DNA of 64,000 bases from Marsupella aquatica. Taxonomy: Eukaryota > Plantae > Marchantiophyta. Below are positions 62,721-64,000 of this stretch, in pieces. The stretch lies in assembly GCA_973895155.1 (NCBI GenBank), contig OZ316895.1, positions 11,887,919-11,951,918 on the forward strand, in the 5' to 3' direction. The notes under the pieces were generated by a model. That model was given only the letters and a program-made list of their open reading frames with translations, searched no databases and was not told where the DNA came from. The number at the start of each line of letters is the position of its first letter. Within the stretch, counting starts at the first letter, position 1. The translations under genes were made by a program, and so were the position numbers.

Positions 62721-64000
62721 TTTGGATCGTAATAACATAAGAAAAATGTTCTCGTCTTGTTTCATTTCCCTAAGCGACCAATATTTAATGTTTTGCGCAC
62801 CAAGATGCAGACCAAGATGGCACAGTGTTAATCTGTTTACTTAAAAAGATATCAACCCTCATTCCCTCATGTGGTTAAAAAAAGAATCAGTACGGTAATC
62901 AGAAGAATCTTTAAAAAAGAAGTACTAAAACTAACCGGCACGGCTTGTTCGTTATGGAGCGTTGATCTTTGTTGACGGCAGGGTGGAATTGGTCGATGGG
63001 GAAGGTTCGCCGCAGCACCGCTTTATCCCAACCGCAACCGAAAGGCCTCCAAATTTGGAAAGGTTGCATTTAAAACCAAAAAAACTAAAGAAATAAAATC
63101 TGGAAGGATTGGCAAGGAAAAGAGAACAAATCCTCACCTGAAAAGTGCCATGTGGGGCCGTAACGCCCAAAACAGCCATGAAACATTAAAGCCCATCAAC
63201 TCTTTCTCATTAATGAGAGGTGATTATATTTATATTGTTTATTTTTGTCATTGTTGAAGAAAAAGGTGATAGATTGGATTAAGATTGCCCCGCCCTTTGT
63301 GGACTGTGGAGTGCTCTCTGTTCTCCTCGGTTTGCTCCCTCTTTTGTGGAGTGCCGCATGCTATTTACTCAGAATTTGTACCTCATAAAAAACATTACTT
63401 CCAAGCTCAGAACTCAGAAGCTTGGATGGACCATAATGGGACAAATAACTCTTGTAGTCGACCACAACCAAACGGACCTTTTTGTGTACATGTCACATTT
63501 TTGGCACATCAAAATATGACATATACTATGTATGACACCCCTGCATACAGTGATAATATTAGCTTCTTCTTTTTTCAATCAATGAATGCAATCACATTTT
63601 GATGTGTGATTACCAGCAGGGCACATTTTTGGCCCACATAGATCGTTCTCCAAGCATTGTTTTGATCACTCTTGTTGTCTCAAAAGTTGTAGGTACATCT
63701 GAATGCTTTTTCTTCTTTTAATTAAGAGAGGGGAAGCAAGTGGCCAAGCTGCAAAGGTCTATCTGGCTTGCATATTCAAATGTTCTGATCTACCTGAGTG
63801 TAACTTGAATAAAATAAAATTTGGCAAGGGATCTTGATTTCGTGCAAAGCCGCTTTCATGAAAACAATTCAAAATATTCATCATGCAGCCAAATTGAGCA
63901 ATGGAACTTCTGTTTTTTTCCAATGGGGAATTGTTTTGGTGCCCTGCAGGCAGTAGCAAGCCTACTTTGGTCGTCAAAGTCTATGATCGGGATACCAACA

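Noticed and set aside
62295-62740. F/L/S-rich pseudo-membrane ORFs here and at 30498-30971 and 54619-54998
   Set aside because: Translations of the low-complexity Helitron-like repeat array.

Overview
AT-rich, repeat-laden eukaryotic nuclear DNA from a land plant. A non-seed plant or bryophyte-like host is likely, inferred from gene style only. There are two intact host genes, both on the minus strand: an intronless LRR receptor-like protein (25558-28185) and a four-exon NT-C2-domain gene (48986-52142). The standout feature is a complete 9,514-bp hAT DNA transposon (10011-19524) with a perfect 8-bp target-site duplication (CCTTGAGT), CCCGGTTTG termini and G-rich subterminal arrays. Besides a decayed BED-finger hAT transposase (+), it carries two convergent cargo genes (-): a TKL-type protein kinase and a coiled-coil/RING-H2 E3-ligase-like gene, whose RING finger is missed by the ORF track because of a frameshift and a stop. 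The transposase and the kinase are each preceded by an inverted copy of the same ~400-bp three-motif module. The first 5.7 kb is a compact, foreign-looking block: two paralogous ORFs sharing an unrecognised ~85-aa domain flank a decayed minus-strand gene with 38-57-nt introns. The rest is MITEs, Helitron-like repeats, an LTR/PBS remnant, minisatellites and a possible pseudogene. All calls come from manual reading; no database searches were run.
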